Positions 54,201 to 55,779 of a stretch of DNA of 64,000 nt are shown piece by piece. Location of the stretch: contig CAXBMO010000014.1 in assembly GCA_963977015.1 (NCBI GenBank), forward strand, positions 96,001 to 160,000, read 5' to 3'. The position numbers and the translations under genes are program-made. Source of the stretch: an uncultured bacterium (GTDB lineage Bacteria > Verrucomicrobiota > Verrucomicrobiia > Verrucomicrobiales > DEV007). The notes under the pieces were generated by a model. It was not told the DNA's origin. It did no database searches and saw nothing but the letters and a program-made list of their open reading frames with translations. Numbering within the stretch: the first letter of the stretch is position 1; every line of letters starts with the position of its first letter.

Positions 54201-55779
54201 CTCGATCGCGCTCAATGCTTCCGGCACGGCGACGATCGTCAACGCGACCGGAATCGTCTTCCGCGATTCCACGACCGGCGGAGATCTCACCGCAACGGCC
54301 ACCACAGGTGATCTGAACATCGGACCAGGCGTCACCCTGACGTCCACCGGTGGCGGAATTATTCTGAGCGCCGATGGAACACTCCTCTTCGATGCGGCGG
54401 CCAATCTGAATGCCGCGGGCAATGTGGAAATCAGCCTGGACCAGGGGCCGAAGGATGACACCGGCGTGATCGTGCAATTCTTTGGTCAGGTCGATGCCGC
54501 AGCGGCGATCATCAGCGGCGGCGAAGATCCGGACCTGTTCCGGGTTCAGCCGAGTGCGATTACCGAGATTACGGTGAGAGGTGGCGATCCGAAGACGCTG
54601 CCTGGCGATGCCCTGTTGTTGCTGGAGGACATGAGCCTGGCCAGCAGCGGGATCGATGGAACGGGAGCCTCGTTCGGCACTTACACCGCGACCGGGTTTG
54701 CGCCAGTGCACTTCAACAGCATCGAGTCCGACGACCTGGTGCCTTCGCTTGCGGGCACCAATGGGGCGTTGCTGACGCATGGGGTGGGGCAGGGGCCGAT
54801 CGCGGTGTTCCCGGACTTGATCATTCGGGACGCGATTCTCGTGACCGAAGCGGTGGTGCAGTTTGCCGGGCGCTACATTCCGGGTGAAGACCAGCTTACC
54901 TCGCTGGGATTGGGCTCGAACATGACGCAAACCTGGGATCGGGCCAGCGGAACCCTCTTGATCAGTGCCGGGCCGGGAGGAGTCAGTGTGACCGCGATGG
55001 AGCGAGCCCTACGCAGCGTGGTATACATCAACAAGAACGGGAGCAACCCGACACCGGGCGCGCGAAGCATCTCGGTGGTGCTGCAGGACGGAGTCGATCA
55101 GAGCAACTCGCTGGTCAACACCGTCATCCAGAAAGGCGTCGAAACCGATGCGCAAAACGACCCTGCCGCAACCGCCGGGACGCAGACCACGTTACCGGGG
55201 GCGGGAGCCGGTGCCGGAGCCGATGGCGAACTGGCCCAGCTTCTGGAAGTGCTGAGCCGATACGGCGACGATGGCGTGTTTGCCGGATTCCAGATTGATG
55301 CATTGGAGGGGTACCAATTCGTCAACGGCCAGCTGATTGGTCCGGACGGCAACCGTCTGGATCTGGGGACGGTTACCAGCGGCCAGAGCAGCGTTTTGGC
55401 GGGGCTTCCGCCGCTCTCGACCCTGACCCCGTTCTTCGCGGGTAGTTCAGCGGTTGGGGCGCAAGTCACGGTCACAATCAGTGATGGTGCTGGCGGGTTC
55501 AGCTACACCATGACGGTGCAAGCTGACGCGGCGGGGAACTGGGCGGCAGCCTTCCTCGGGGTGAGCCTCGAGGACCGGGCTTACACGGTCACAGTCCAAG
55601 AAACTTCGCCCATCCTGAGCATGTATGATACGGGGAACTCGATCTTCCGGGTCGGCTCCTTCCGTGGCGGAATTCTGCCGAACGGGGATGACGACGAAGA
55701 CTTGAACCTGGGCGACATTTTCGGAATGATCATCGACACGACAATTCCCGAAGAAGCCATGGCAAAGCTCGCAGAATAA
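18220..55779 (+). CDS. Giant LEPR-xLL-motif adhesin-like surface protein 2 (12,519 aa)
   Basis: Uninterrupted 37.5-kb ORF; LQMEQLEPRILYSA near the N-terminus; PATR and other beta-helix repeats; LamG-like, MAM and H-lectin-like domains; tail paralogous to protein 1. Confidence 0.95.
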   Translation: MTPSILKRLQAILNRDSGSQRQLQMEQLEPRILYSAAPVEAAPEAEMSSEPAQNAPAAAPADESSHAADPAPAQGENSAASILETEVVVLPETTEAADSTYPGGEASGDVAAGNELDQQMLENIAAAAADRWAESGLSAEQSAALSNVVYEIADLSGNHLGAAEGNVVTIDIDAAGHGWFVDETPLQDEEFVADIGTPTRLFSTDPNGRMDLLTVLLHEQGHILGLDHEETNASSVMYDTFWADERVLIDEGQAAGAVAGSLEGIHSATTDTVIAGYDFDDGTDDDGTATVTAGEADNATAAVTVKNANVTASDFSVGAGLKFLINQDNGNSNFSDLDAEGNEFGTENGFEFGGAQNAFEFTDMDNNNNLGLAITNDDYMAFTVTPDERYEMDLSNFTFLSRVNNTNNSAERWALFSSIDGFAEGDQIGEGRNNGNDGQYNAFTVGLSDPKFQNLTEATEFRLYIYGGNQTSNSATLFDKVIVNGTTVPTVVYVDDNWAAGGSDPQSNGQAITDADLGTSSDQGAVYGDNGFATVEAALAAVADGGTVIINQGTYAENLNLSKAVTFQVTGPNVEQTATISGEISGVEALTKSGSGTLVVSGDNTYSGGTTISQGTLSTTTNSTALGTGTVNMNGGILRTTVSLGNEISLNDVTTTTSNTIEVDGNYHVLSGKVTGAGGLTVGKVGGGNDGLALSNSANDFQGDLTITGSSAFLRLDTDGVIPDTANVLVGNGAALRLEGDARTETIAGLSGGGRIFAVNSGGGATLIVGAGDATSEFSGQIGGGGANNKNISLEKIGNGTFTLAGTTSDYTGTTTITSGILRADAADVVATSGALGVGNITFSGGTLQYTVNSAGTDYSARIVDSSSAITLDTNGQEVTLSNDFASTNTGGLTKLGTGTLTVEFPDTGSYDGLTRVDGGELKVLNDDGALQRWRAGNFEINNGSTLEIGGDDTTVFQGLTWTFDSNGGGTVNLVGNTIFQTNNNTFVTTGGLKNTISGVRYNLQNSNTINYNVAQGTDVSGIDLEVSARHDRGSIVKTGLGTVALTDTTNNLRSDNTITINAGALEIAEGGRLSNGNWDGAIINDGIFRHNSSADQTLSGVISGTGTLEMSGSGEMTLSGVNTYTGATDVNSGTLTVGGEIGNGGPAGVVTVASGAFLAGSGTIRAQVDASAGSIIPGGVGSAGALTVDGVLNFGTGSTTGVFSAELDSGSNDSIVVTGAVNLTDVTLNPLTIGGFVATDGAQVTLIDNQQSGVAVTGTFNGLADGAEITELASGDIKAYISYFGGDGNDVTISFIDTVTPGTVTVADNPNLDFDTTFTFQISGDTLQVLANGQVVDARPIAAVKNLVINGDDAIPGDEGDDTFTIDYTLDPRLLDIDITFNGGGQATAAGDTLFVTGGTFGTVTHNLTNTTDGNIHIDGDGVADITYTGLEPVDMTGSTATDFVFNLPAGANPDVVLRNSATAGEMELVGSTFESTIFTVPSGSITINGNTGADTITIESLDAAFAADIVVDVGDGTDSVTISGALDYDGDLTITAETINLNARVDTTTGDQTYNGDVVQGVTGLMRLTAANIRFNGDTTLQSGGSNEFQLLAAQVTNSAAGTFDVNGGRLKLESSTHIVNEGNFEIGTNGSVPIFGGTSARITNNGTFTHNGSQIRLYMEIINNGTMVIDNPSGTAEIQFKAPSSIGSGGVITNNGTLNISEAAARFDEAGAIVNANGGIINVTGASVTFAENLTVTNQSGGALNLNGGTVTVNDTTLTNESGGTLNLTDGTMTLTNNGAANSAGVTNFLGAGYTVNGTGTFTNQSGGVAELGSGVTVTVDGAALTNDSGGTLNLTDGTLTLTNNGAANSAGVTNFLGTSYTVNGTGTFTNQSGGVANLDSGSVTVDGTTFTNNSGGVVSFAGANLTLANTASVVNDAGGDFNLSGGAYTIDISDASSVLTNNGTTTWTAGSSGHKTITGSGTFLNEGDFIHAQGGGNDNLQLTGSLTFQNNGNFTFVDEGDVNISSGSAQFRNAGVVNKTTDPSTDPSFFFGNGDFHALAGSEVLSTVAGTRIHIATGGTSDAGAEWNADGGNIGLGSTWSGTFAGTSSNGGVLRLTDPGSSIEHNITVGTGGLTFNIGGDGVVWADAAINVNGQSLTNLGVLQIVGTGLKSLQGTMTNSGTTNVAGDITVTGGEFVNTSGSTLNFESGIVTLTGANDALRNQSGGIFEIGTSGTSILDGLGRLINDSGATITWSDGALSVRTTATFQNDGIVNFTSNSNETLYGNGEFINNGEFHHIGANTNSDNIIGYDAGTFTNNGLFAFDTRGDFQLTENYTFTNSFTGTIRKTADNNADQAQFFNNNGDTTGGVWDNEGTIEVLVGTIRVTTTASGGSFKDVSSPQVVGTELTGGTWIANPTGANNAIIDLEPAEPNGIVTIGTNATVSLSGSTGRFVQLTNFLAQIDGSLTLNSGQVLDAANDVTVSSTGTLAGNGGTIIGNITVQSGGTLSPGDGAADEGTLTVTGDLTLEGDVNIDISGDHLATGQDSISVSGAVTVGGSLNLNVDPATDFTGMVAGTEIVLISGGSLAVTDPFTGFHDGIALTIGGAEFTLDYGGVSGNDVVLTAQGVAQTSVTLDGSNNLVITDLANEDDTLSIAVGANPVSGGGGGYIITDTTQVISTAIPNAVRVSEHQVFIDFGDIAGAEIQVGTGDGTDMLTLNFGSGDATAFQQRVIFTGGESVGDNDTLTIANGVFGVVTHTATAGEAGTINLDSAGATEIEYSQLEPVDMSGSTATDFIFNLPGTVDNAQLSESGGLLTLESTDLTPTFESTTFAAPTGSITINGGAGADTLTISTAIDLTANGTSLTINSESINLNGGAVDTGAGNQRYNGVATLGADTTLIGNDVTFTNTVDSDGTARSLTTSVAGTLTLRNNIGATNALSALDTGTTGTTHIFGNTVLDNLATGPGAGLIFNFDASFDPNTEDNLVPDLAGAVGTGGVGGGPFSLLIDDSPAITFANNPSAGFAGITGAYVLPGALGGSADSQRGEAGLELQAGGADESPSDVDHAATGVPDVDVSDVTFELWIKPTDLTGDEVIWETGGGTGTGFALEDNLLAFQVISSGNNARVTYDLSGDPLTIFGGGAATDDFIQVTGTINMATDTIELFVNGTSVGSDVKPSAINDWDGGDPSGLGTVGGGNMGGYGGGAQSFRPLDGQISVFRLYSGILDQTDIQTNFSAVQAGGQTEISLRTSGDQTFGNTLSLGIATVVEGNDVTFNGTIDADPASAALGALTVNTTGGGVTDFNGVIGGTAALGGLATNADGAVTLDSTGITSVGAIDFADNFTASVNTTFDAATVTFGGTSTFLGTATINAISATFTGNATFNALTDLNIGGDLDFLAAADFNAVSDLDVSDNATFAGAVTIGGAATVDAQDITYSSTIDSTVGTNQSLTLTTTGSGVTTVDGVVGGTDALDSLVISGGSRADIGAGTIGLGGTGVLTFNTAVSLTSNLVITDDGTGDTTFNSTLDGAFALTVNTPGGGNTFFKGNVGATTALTSVTTDAIGGTEISGIPAVPNGNLLLNFDADRETAAAAGIFEGLLFGANDAERFSNMGATGITFGAAATSLGGIRSAYSFDGTSRGTSDALATLPGNPTDTDAALEFWIRPDTTNAGSTYLIYETGGSGTGTSVVYDVDTDTVTWTVDDDSVQRSVSGALGAADGEFHQVFLTYDRDNSNRDILTLYVDGVFLDDNISGTSDPDDATDVNTNSINNLDGTDGAGLGGVNNDVAATTPASTNYIGEIAKMRFYTNAVAQAGIQANYDAVANHVTTVTTSGDQTYGDAVTLANDVTISANDATFSSTVDTATGAIQAALTVNTTGGGVTTFGGAVGATGPLGNLTTNFDGRTDIAGSITTTANQTYGDAVTILADATLTGVDVTFGWTLDEGAGATGSNLTVNASGTTRFAADVGGITQLDSLATDSAGTTVFGNTLGTANELFLPLESQSGGLTADTSGNGRTGTLNGDAVIAAGTVGNAVDLDGSGDYVQVTGYRGVTGSAPRTMAAWINSASPNGDDAIMSWGLDTSGEKWVFRLASQHLRVETANGGIESNEATPITANTWHHVAAVYDGSGDHNGITFYVDGVLQGTGTNSGATVDTAESADVVIGRDSFNTTRDFDGLIDESGIWSRALSAEEIAVLAGIGTHTPVTVNTAGTQTYGDAVVLEATTTLSGTDVTASSTVGLGSSDLTVDVSGTVSGIAGEVSGSGDLTLESTAGTGVFALDNDTGNSYTGNTVVNGGSLLAENQTSGSATGIGTVTVNSGATLGGDGAVAGTVTVVGGTVSPELGLAEDLGTGSLTLDSASTVTFQINGLTPGVNAGYDQLDVTGTVDLNSDLGAGATLDLTLNAGVNPADGAIFILIDNDGDHTTDTVSGEFDGLPNGSVITLNDGTNDYVFTIHYDKETAETDTNGNNVVLVSHGIAETSVELVSNGSTLDLVITDISQESPELLDISIQNIGGTDYYVIKDTNSPELAMTTSIAAADANRISQNEIHVKVSAVTGGLIVNSDYSGDVGDNGTDVFTFSGSNAFTFAGPITVNAETINLPLDLTAGTAEDITLNGSVVLGASVKLTAANVVLADSVSLGANDLTVDVSDASSSTGGGISGTGQFIKQGVGTLTLTGTAAGNNSYTGLTHVQGGTLVLGTGFGGDGGIRGNITVENTATMRLDINNRIINSSIITVNAGGTFDFNNNGDAIGYLAGAGSIDLGSATVLLDMPNTGSGSDFSGDISGTGGLTLRGNSGGPTNRQILSGDSNYSGATTVSKGVLEIGHNNALGTAAGGTTVANDAKLEINGGAGDLTIAENITVGSGSGGIRNIAGDNTITGAVILSASADFQEDTGSLTFTGGISSTANESVNLNGTFHITNSTIDLNDGTLTVTGNGHSVAAASTIDVAGNDFALLLIHSDGYLQIGAANVLPSDADVEFGASTQILSSGTLDLNGFDQTVGSIGVNSLSMDLAGDQNITGGGVLTVNQSANTEYQGRITNGATATSLVKSGVGTLILKNLSGTATNNTGETIVNAGVLQFGDGDGAADTGSIPQGDLTVNNGGTVSMQTDAFNGFNTGRTITINDGGTVSADNSTKNAFNIGALVLNGGTLTSANGVGGPANDSGYGNWIFRGVTVGGTTQSTISATQVAIQSGGFDVADAVAGSNTDLLVSGAIIDISSGLSTITKTGVGTMTLTGANTYTGATTVTAGTFQVDGGSITQTDSIAIDAGILQVINGGSVNVTNGVTNGAGEGQLWVDDGTMTVGDGFDVDDLRVGANTGTATITVSDGDVVIGDGDGQFLIGYREDGMPVGSTVGTVDFSGADSVTISVTDVLAGYSAPVSTGSVGSSEGALTLSTSGDNTVTADNVRLGYTNSANNQGAIRTFLHLGGAANTFDVDTFVVGDLKSAATVDIVSGGTFTLSGNVNAETDLRIGDNNASGTGTNPASSHLNLAGGTFNATLDQLAIGLHNSGNGSGKGELTFEAGTVSATTIVLADTDIGGSSTNDAATQGAINLNGGVLQFGNLSNGGGTSDFNWSAGTIQNLSGQDLVNVDVDINLIGTGSHTITIDNGQTGTFQAAAQITGGAGGVLVKDGEGALSLMAANTYTAATNVDLGELVFDGGSVVATDSVAIDAGTLQVINGGSVNVSNGVTNGAGAGQLLVDEGTMTVADGFAVDTLRVGENATSDSNLTVSAGVVTIGNGAETLTIGHRGIDTGTTAAFTATVDFSAASSIDISVGDATLGTLGSSGTPDPGSEGIANGILMLSDAGTNNFTADSVLIGDSAIRGNESDTIVSAIAFGGATNNFDVDTLTVGGQKGMGQITVDAGGTLNLTGRNNAGDVVDAFLGFNVTGSTGTNSRGEIDTTGASLVATFGSLQMGRHGSGSGDGRGILMFDAGTVTADTIVLGTGAANSFGTINQGGGTFTVANGVTESRNSAINVTDGDFVVTAGGLQVDDLLVGQNSTTATLTVNAGAVVVGDGGGNFDIGRSTNATTLGTVDFSNADSVTIDVTNVRHGTNGLGSNTSEGDLTLSAAGGNSVTATSYMMGFTEGGGNQSVVSELHLGGGANDFNVDTFTVGGRKSSASIDIVAGGVLTLSGDANVAADLLIGYNDSTGTGTAPASTVDLTGGTFNATLDRLTIGLHGGGAGSGDGTLIFEAGTVTANSVILADADAGGSSSNDANTDGTLELLGGLLDVQGGSITDGGGSDVFTFTGGTLRDVLSTNFALVQNGSGSLLDIGAEDAAGTTTIGGDYTLTAGAVHFDLLGLGGPGAVDGHDQLIVNGAVNLNITDANITFDLSGYAPALGDPDIVLILNDTGSPGDAVAGFFANHPDADGAGAGTVSEAFNLNDGTNDYVFRINYAGGDGNDVVLESFGVAETEVSLDGVGNLVITDINGGLSLDDLTIQADTANSRYVISDPNLAITTTPGGGRSPVPNIVRVDGNTVYVPFASVTGSQIIVNSLGGADSLTLDTLEDFVDTVDYQAGDPTAAPGDSLTIDSSTFGTVTHNLTGPDAGNLEIGTLAGAEVTYTGLEPVDMTGSTATEYVFNLPTSGDQAQLSDIGGGNLRLESLNASFETTDFATPSGSITINGAAGDSLALSTAIDLSATNTALVFNVPTINLNGTQVSNGTADQTYNGSVTFGASQTLDAANITFQNGTTTFDGVNVTIDVTGAATSDAGNHLDFQDGDLILANGSSFVSNGTAEYRLGTGFFEFRGTGTFTNNGTFNHSAAGNSDNLELFDSFTFQNNGTYDFQERGDIRLRGTSTFNNAGLVVKSVAGTDQSFIFGLSTDGDNGTFHNLAAGEVRGNAGTLNIATGGGGANNSNISDALSTWTADGGNVQLSGFNSWEGTFNGSASGSSYITIEDNASAAGADDFEVGAAGVTFNITGNGVLWSDDDIDTNGNTVTNLGVLTVVAGETKELKGGGELVTGNGGTTTLASTVTSVGGSTFRVLAGGLLEGSGAFTGAILSEGGNVAPGISTGDVTDDLGSGNLTLDSATTFTVELGGTTENTDYDQVDVTGAVNINSNANAAGGALLDLSLVGGFAPTAGNTFTIVNNDDVDGITTTFQTMDDDRGLVELTEGSAFTADGHVFTITYLGGTGNDVVLTAAGEAETRVKIDGGNLVVEDINNESPDNLEISVQNISGTDYFVIKDVNATPLTLTTTIGTGDANRISASEIHVRVDAVTAGLEVNTANPTVGGAADAVTLDLSALPAPGSLNGAVDIEAETINLNSGIDSNASNQTYDGAVILGTDVTLNGGSVTFTETVDSDATPRALVVNTSGGGVTTFGDLVGETSALASVTTNADGTLFLGENVTTAGDQTYNEATATLTGAVTMAGVNITLGSAFSNAGNGLGVDAETIEVLNGIDGQGGLIRLNASSTTGVGVHIHTGAAVTTSGGGTISLTGTGGGVGNQGVLIEADVTTEKGNLSITGSSSGDDGVAIVGATVSTTGQGIIRISGSGGDGSSTFAVDIDGASEISTADGTIFVGTTAGSARIGGSVDSGAHALTFDSAEDLNLIDTTIVGGIIDLEADNDVNMTSATNITGPDAALGNVAILSQNFETFPNNTIELIEGWQNQWLPYESMDFVSDRSGTPSGGTGPSGDHTTGSGYYLFLETSGTVADGEYANLLSPVVDLSAETGSRVEFYYHMFGIEMGDLNVEGTSDGGATWTNVFSVSGDQGNQWNQADVDLSTFDGQSQVQLRITGTKGTGYRGDMAVDDFRFYANSGDLLVENFDSFGQGPTGNPRPQQVLPAVSEWTNVPSTIDWRTIRDNTPSGGTGASDDHTLGTSSGTYLFIETSDPVLEGQTARLLSPTIDLSQHSTASVEFWFHMWSNANPDEMGELNVYGSSDGGTNWDLLNSVSGNQGNAWHQASINLDAYAGSSQFVLRVDGVAGAVNALAATSSGYRSDISLDDFRFFGDPVANTNISITADANGDANGSGGAISMADGAEIDAGSGTVTLSADEDITVSNIATTSTITATSTSGAILDAGDSGTDLVASALVARSATGVGTAANSLDVSLNNLEADGGSGGVFLSNTGDLVLGDAGAGLGIITDGTVTIETTNDLTLAANSVVSGSRVSLLADNDVNFLSGSQIFGPTQVTILQETFDTFSEGSETPGATNILLGNGWTNVQGTDQIDWSPDAGGTPSGNTGPSADHTTGNATGRFLYTETSDPVQTGDTAILLSPVQDLSGLESASLEFYYHMWGDHMGTLEVSASTDGGATFSAPLFSTTDDLNAWQKATVDLTPFVGSANFVLRVDGIAGAVSPSGSAGYQSDMAIDDFTITGVPAIDVTVTADADGDANGSGGAIDMADGSSIVIVAGSVALNADGNVTVNSIATTGDVTITSGNGEIRDRGQTPDITGGTVTFNGNVTPGLSALGNLEVAGDLDLASDDVLSLELNGTTAGTEHDQVVVTGAVSLGDALLDLNFGFVPTTGATFTIVDNDGTDAVTGIFQTTDDDRGQVDLPEGSAFTRGGQVYTITYQGGTGNDVVLTTFGEAETEVRIDGSGNLVIDDINNESADQIDISVQNVGGTDYFVIRDVNATPVTLTTPIGAGDANRVSASEIHVRVGAVTGGLEVNTANPTRAGAVDVITVNLSGLPGSLNGDVTLNAETIEVNSDIDNTGMQIFNGAVFLGADVTLTATGDIDFKSTVDSDASARSLTTSVGGTLTFRNHVGANSQLSALDTGTTGTTHIIGSTILDNLATGDGLIFNFDASFDPNTGDNLVPDLAGAIGNSGATVSGQPFFLLIDDNPAVGFASNPSAGFAGITGAYVLPGATGDTADNQRGEAGLELQTGGVDEAPQDVDNGALGVSDVDASDATFEFWIKPTDLTGNEVIWETGGGTGTGFALEDNLLAFQVIGGSNNARVAYDLSGDPNGIFGVGAATDDFIQVIGTIDVSANSIELFVNGTSVGSAVKPSAFTDWDGGDPSGLGTVGGANMGGYGGGSQNFRPFDGQIAAFRLYSGVLTSGVGGQIENNFNVVQQGGQTEISLRTTGDQTFGNTLSLGIATVVEGNNVTFDGTIDADPASAALGALTVNTTGGGVTDFNGVVGGTTALGGLTTNADGTTTLDTNSVIASGAISLNDDTTASGDIAIDGAVVTFGATSTFNGAATVSSSGNVTFDGVTTFNDAGTVDAGNATFNAAANFLGGVADVNASGNADFNDTLTFGDTATIDAGSDATFDGVVTLGGTTTVTATNISVATAATIDSDLGNNHDLTLNASGTTDLDSEIGGIQALGSLTTDRSGQTQLDANVTVVGAGGITFGDSLVLTNDVVLNSSDVGGDVIFVSTVDGAFALAVNTPGSAATFFQADVGGSTALTSLTTDGNGIAKLGGLSPVPSGTLLLNYDADSETVLTGQTWESTPDVSGQEWNFGGAFGTGVTLVVSNSAHTGILNAYHFDGSAGVTNPGLDDLPTDPTTADATFEFWFRPEAGTDIDMIYETGGGGDGMSIVYDGNTNEVIVTIDDGNVQQQVRGGSALITNTEFHQIAAVYNRDGLGGGVDLLQLYIDGQLVDDTDPSNLFDATSVTATTGAAGTDEITLNSTTTSAQITVEYVDGGAGATLAVAESNNTVTVTFEAGVTTADQVVALINAENGGSGVALTAGGFLTASGVDTGFLAAQAGVALRDPVDTAQTTTGLDDWAGTDDASLALGGANVADATPANTNFEGDIAKFRFYGNAIGAAGIQANYVAVTANTMDVITTGDQLYGGAVQLQNHTVLTGNNVTLSGTVDSCDADHDLDLTVNTTGGGVTTFGGDVGGNFELGNLTTNADGHTVVAANITANGASGGDIRFGDAVLLGADTTMTQNGDTTSRVLFLSTVDAVDGVSANLTVNTPNGAVTQFGGNVGSDALGALSNDSGLASITTDAAGTTLFEVGGAIKNGATFNYDAAAVSNDGSPAVWESGGDPAYNATISNLGTDVTLEDVSGSTARPGITHAYRFNDNGVTTNGTGATLLDLDPFSTADATFEFWLRPNNTGDATQVIYETGGTTDGSGFWYETATSTLNWTVDDLSTQRTVSAVISTTEFSQIVGVYKLDAAGNNDHLELYVNGQLVDTSTDATALNDFSGTDDASLGTVNGAVGEGVATGQFNGDIAVFRFYESAMSANEVIGNFVALAGAEAVSGTTITVATSGNQTYNDNVVVGADVTLSAQDVTTVQTVDLQSNELTVAVTGTGGQATGDITGSGNLIMDGSGTFTLANATGNTYTGETTIREGTLVATHDDSLGTTDAGNLTIESGGTLGLTGGITIPAHETITLVFDGTGDATIENISGDNFVEAPINVQLGVLGDLQLLSSDGAGTLTINGDIELQQAGILADGDGDTILNGNVASTVTEFANLGEVGQVLNVGGTPQTLTFAGTYVNPVIVALAEQGSATNLTVDPNAVEVRIFNVDAIAGTFQIQLDVPPGANNANPPALETVNYLVVEAGTYTLDDGTVIQAGTVDASPSADESVSFGAGVFGTTPIAMTQLMSQNDASFVKPRHRAGIDANGFAFFLEEAEGQAQHPTSETVGYIAITPTAAAGSTTGAGLLFEAGTTPNAVTHAQFSVTLQNTYGAPPIFIGDQQTIDGVDPSGVRFRYNGNGVQVFTDEDRSSDTETSHADEVVGFVAFANTGLLQSTNERDNQLTKNGTGNLIINGTADFQDGTLHNVGTLTVDGTLSGDTVNIASLATLTGGGTVDAPVFSDDADSNIVASGNLTLGDGSADGFDFGGVLTVGGNTVTIVDSDDGLLGRSTTIDGGTLTAANGLAMSTDDVLSGQGTVDSTLDLNEGTVTPGDTGDITNTLNIRDIDLGTGEFVVDIDTDAVGEHDLLDITGTVNPNGATLTVQDLGNVALGTQILVINNDGMDPVTGTFAGLPEGTTFTAPTGQDFTISYVGGDGNDVVLYRGAAETSVSFNSATGELTISDITNDSTDTLEVTFDALAQTYTIRETADTSLVIGTTGLSGAQLSRPDANTVVINANPGNNGVAVQSLTVKTTGPDTTTIGVEDDDIVTLLTPNGPLSLTGDVAITADDVVFAANAQIDQSAGSGAVTVTADRSITMNAGAAITTADGAIALTAAGNGSGNFVGIDLTDTTITTADGAISLDGTGSGVNNNRHGVFLAGTTAIEATDSGTIDITGQGGGDRTSNRGILVEAGSSVEVVNGDLTMIGTGGPGGDPVPNNNNRGIEVNGRVATSGTGNISLTGQGGGASTGDAANNNQGVDLSGAGALITSTGAGNISVIGIGGGSAAADGETNEGIRITTAGAAISSTGTGTITLSGTAGGGRENNRGILINDGTSVTSVTGAIDITGIGGGGFADSDSNDGVQVDGVIQSTGSATIDIEGTGGISANHDDFNFGISLGSATALITSLNGNINLMGTGGGTLTAASANNDGIRIDTAGATISSTGTATITLTGGGGNADDSNRGIRLLEGTVVTSATGDITLTGTGGGTGVLDNSNRNIGIEADGTISSTGTNAATAATVTLIGFGGGGGGNNNDNNTGVEISSATGTVTSVAGNISVTGTGGGNGGSNGGQNDGVRISEGGSVLSTGTLTNAASITITGTAGANGGDDPDDDEGVIIMDADSRISSIDGNVTIDGTGEDGVELAAGVTAPLSVTGAGNIDICGHSTAPNLAAGQVGVQIDSPILSGTGTVTIASDDHVTFGADGDVTSTSETVTIQADKAGATNGGQVFMADDSLIDAGAGAIDVDADGHITLGGLQTTSSVTVDSASGSILDGGDTHDPDIIAATAVLSAAIDVGTLANPLETQLSNLEGTASTGDFSINNTGALELGGASGSASGVSAGGDLQIVNDLGITDSETVTVGGEAQFTTTQNGSDLNLNQLAVTGLIGLSTTGADSDATIVNATVIDFKATNVGGNLAATATTGGIGQSAGLDVDGTTALAVGTDNIDLSNVGNDFTGAVSIVSAQDVTLVDANGIDLGASTISGNLDVTSSSGDITDSGTVSISGTADLTTSNGNIITDQLDVSGSIALNASGTATIVNATGIVFRDSTTGGDLTATATTGDLNIGPGVTLTSTGGGIILSADGTLLFDAAANLNAAGNVEISLDQGPKDDTGVIVQFFGQVDAAAAIISGGEDPDLFRVQPSAITEITVRGGDPKTLPGDALLLLEDMSLASSGIDGTGASFGTYTATGFAPVHFNSIESDDLVPSLAGTNGALLTHGVGQGPIAVFPDLIIRDAILVTEAVVQFAGRYIPGEDQLTSLGLGSNMTQTWDRASGTLLISAGPGGVSVTAMERALRSVVYINKNGSNPTPGARSISVVLQDGVDQSNSLVNTVIQKGVETDAQNDPAATAGTQTTLPGAGAGAGADGELAQLLEVLSRYGDDGVFAGFQIDALEGYQFVNGQLIGPDGNRLDLGTVTSGQSSVLAGLPPLSTLTPFFAGSSAVGAQVTVTISDGAGGFSYTMTVQADAAGNWAAAFLGVSLEDRAYTVTVQETSPILSMYDTGNSIFRVGSFRGGILPNGDDDEDLNLGDIFGMIIDTTIPEEAMAKLAE
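18286..18327 (+). other. LEPR-xLL / planctomycete-extracellular-type N-terminal motif
   Basis: LQMEQLEPRILYSA, followed by an Ala/Pro/Glu-rich linker; no hydrophobic Sec signal peptide. Confidence 0.85.
18565..19020 (+). other. Matrixin/metzincin-like zinc metalloprotease domain
   Basis: IDIDAAGHGWFVDETP...DLLTVLLHEQGHILGLDH (HExxHxxGxxH at 18871-18903), then SSVM, a possible Met-turn. Confidence 0.75.
19036..19680 (+). other. Beta-sandwich domain, possibly carbohydrate-binding
   Basis: VIAGYDF...AITNDDYMAFTVTP...MDLSNFTF...SSIDGF...EFRLYIYG...FDKVIVNGT. Confidence 0.5.
23500..23860 (+). repeat. Tandem 201-bp (67-aa) direct repeat, about 1.8 copies
   Basis: acgctcaatttgaccgacggaacc at 23521 and 23722; protein TLNLTDGTxTLTNNGAANSAGVTNFLGxxYTVNGTGTFTNQSGGVA occurs twice. 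Confidence 0.9.
26895..28150 (+). repeat. ~1.25-kb internal duplication containing a LamG-like domain, copy A
   Basis: Closely similar in protein and DNA to 44250-45515 (LIFNFDASFDPNT.DNLVPDLAGA...QRGEAGLELQ...WIKPTDLTG.EVIWETGGGTGTGFALEDNLLAFQVI). Confidence 0.9.
28880..29640 (+). other. LamG-like domain
   Basis: LLLNFDAD...AYSFDG...LEFWIRP...IYETGG...FHQVFLTYD...LYVDG...YIGEIAKMRFY. Confidence 0.75.
30140..30760 (+). other. LamG-like domain
   Basis: ADTSGNGRTGTL...AVDLDGSGDYV...RTMAAWI...WHHVAAVYDG...FYVDG...FDGLIDESGIWSRALSAEEI. Confidence 0.88.
40950..42055 (+). other. Two tandem MAM-like domains
   Basis: Two copies of F(E/D).F...W...TPSGGTG.S.DHT.G...YLF.ETS...LLSP..DLS...F..HM...MG.LNV...G.QGN.W...D...DDF. 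Confidence 0.85.
42595..43155 (+). other. MAM-like domain
   Basis: ETFDTF...GWTN...DW...GTPSGNTGPSADHTTG...FLYTETS...LLSP...FYYHMWG...SDMAIDDF. Confidence 0.85.
44250..45515 (+). repeat. ~1.25-kb internal duplication containing a LamG-like domain, copy B
   Basis: Paralog of 26895-28150; offset 17,349 nt measured at the LIFNFD codons (27076 vs 44425). Confidence 0.9.
46310..47385 (+). other. LamG-like domain carrying a nested ~110-aa insertion
   Basis: Aligns by eye with 28880-29640 except for an extra segment at ~46876-47200. Confidence 0.7.
47935..48650 (+). other. LamG-like domain
   Basis: FNYDAA...AYRFN...ATFEFWLRP...IYETGG...LYVNG...FNGDIAVFRFYESAMS. Confidence 0.75.
49300..50150 (+). 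other. Three tandem H-type-lectin-like beta-sandwich repeats
   Basis: Three ~90-aa units of the form G.V...(V/L).F...(Y/F)..P....Q...R....F...E....H..E.V.(Y/F), ending ETVNYLVVE, ETVGYIAI and EVVGFVAF. Confidence 0.6.
51400..53180 (+). repeat. Gly/Asn-rich beta-solenoid repeats (~35-45 aa units)
   Basis: Repeated G.I...G.GGG.....N.G(I/V).(I/V)......(I/V).S pattern (NRGI, NQGV, NEGI, NDGV, NFGI, NDGI, NIGI, NTGV). Confidence 0.8.
54735..55779 (+). repeat. Conserved C-terminal module, copy 2
   Basis: Paralogous to 16475-17533. Confidence 0.9.
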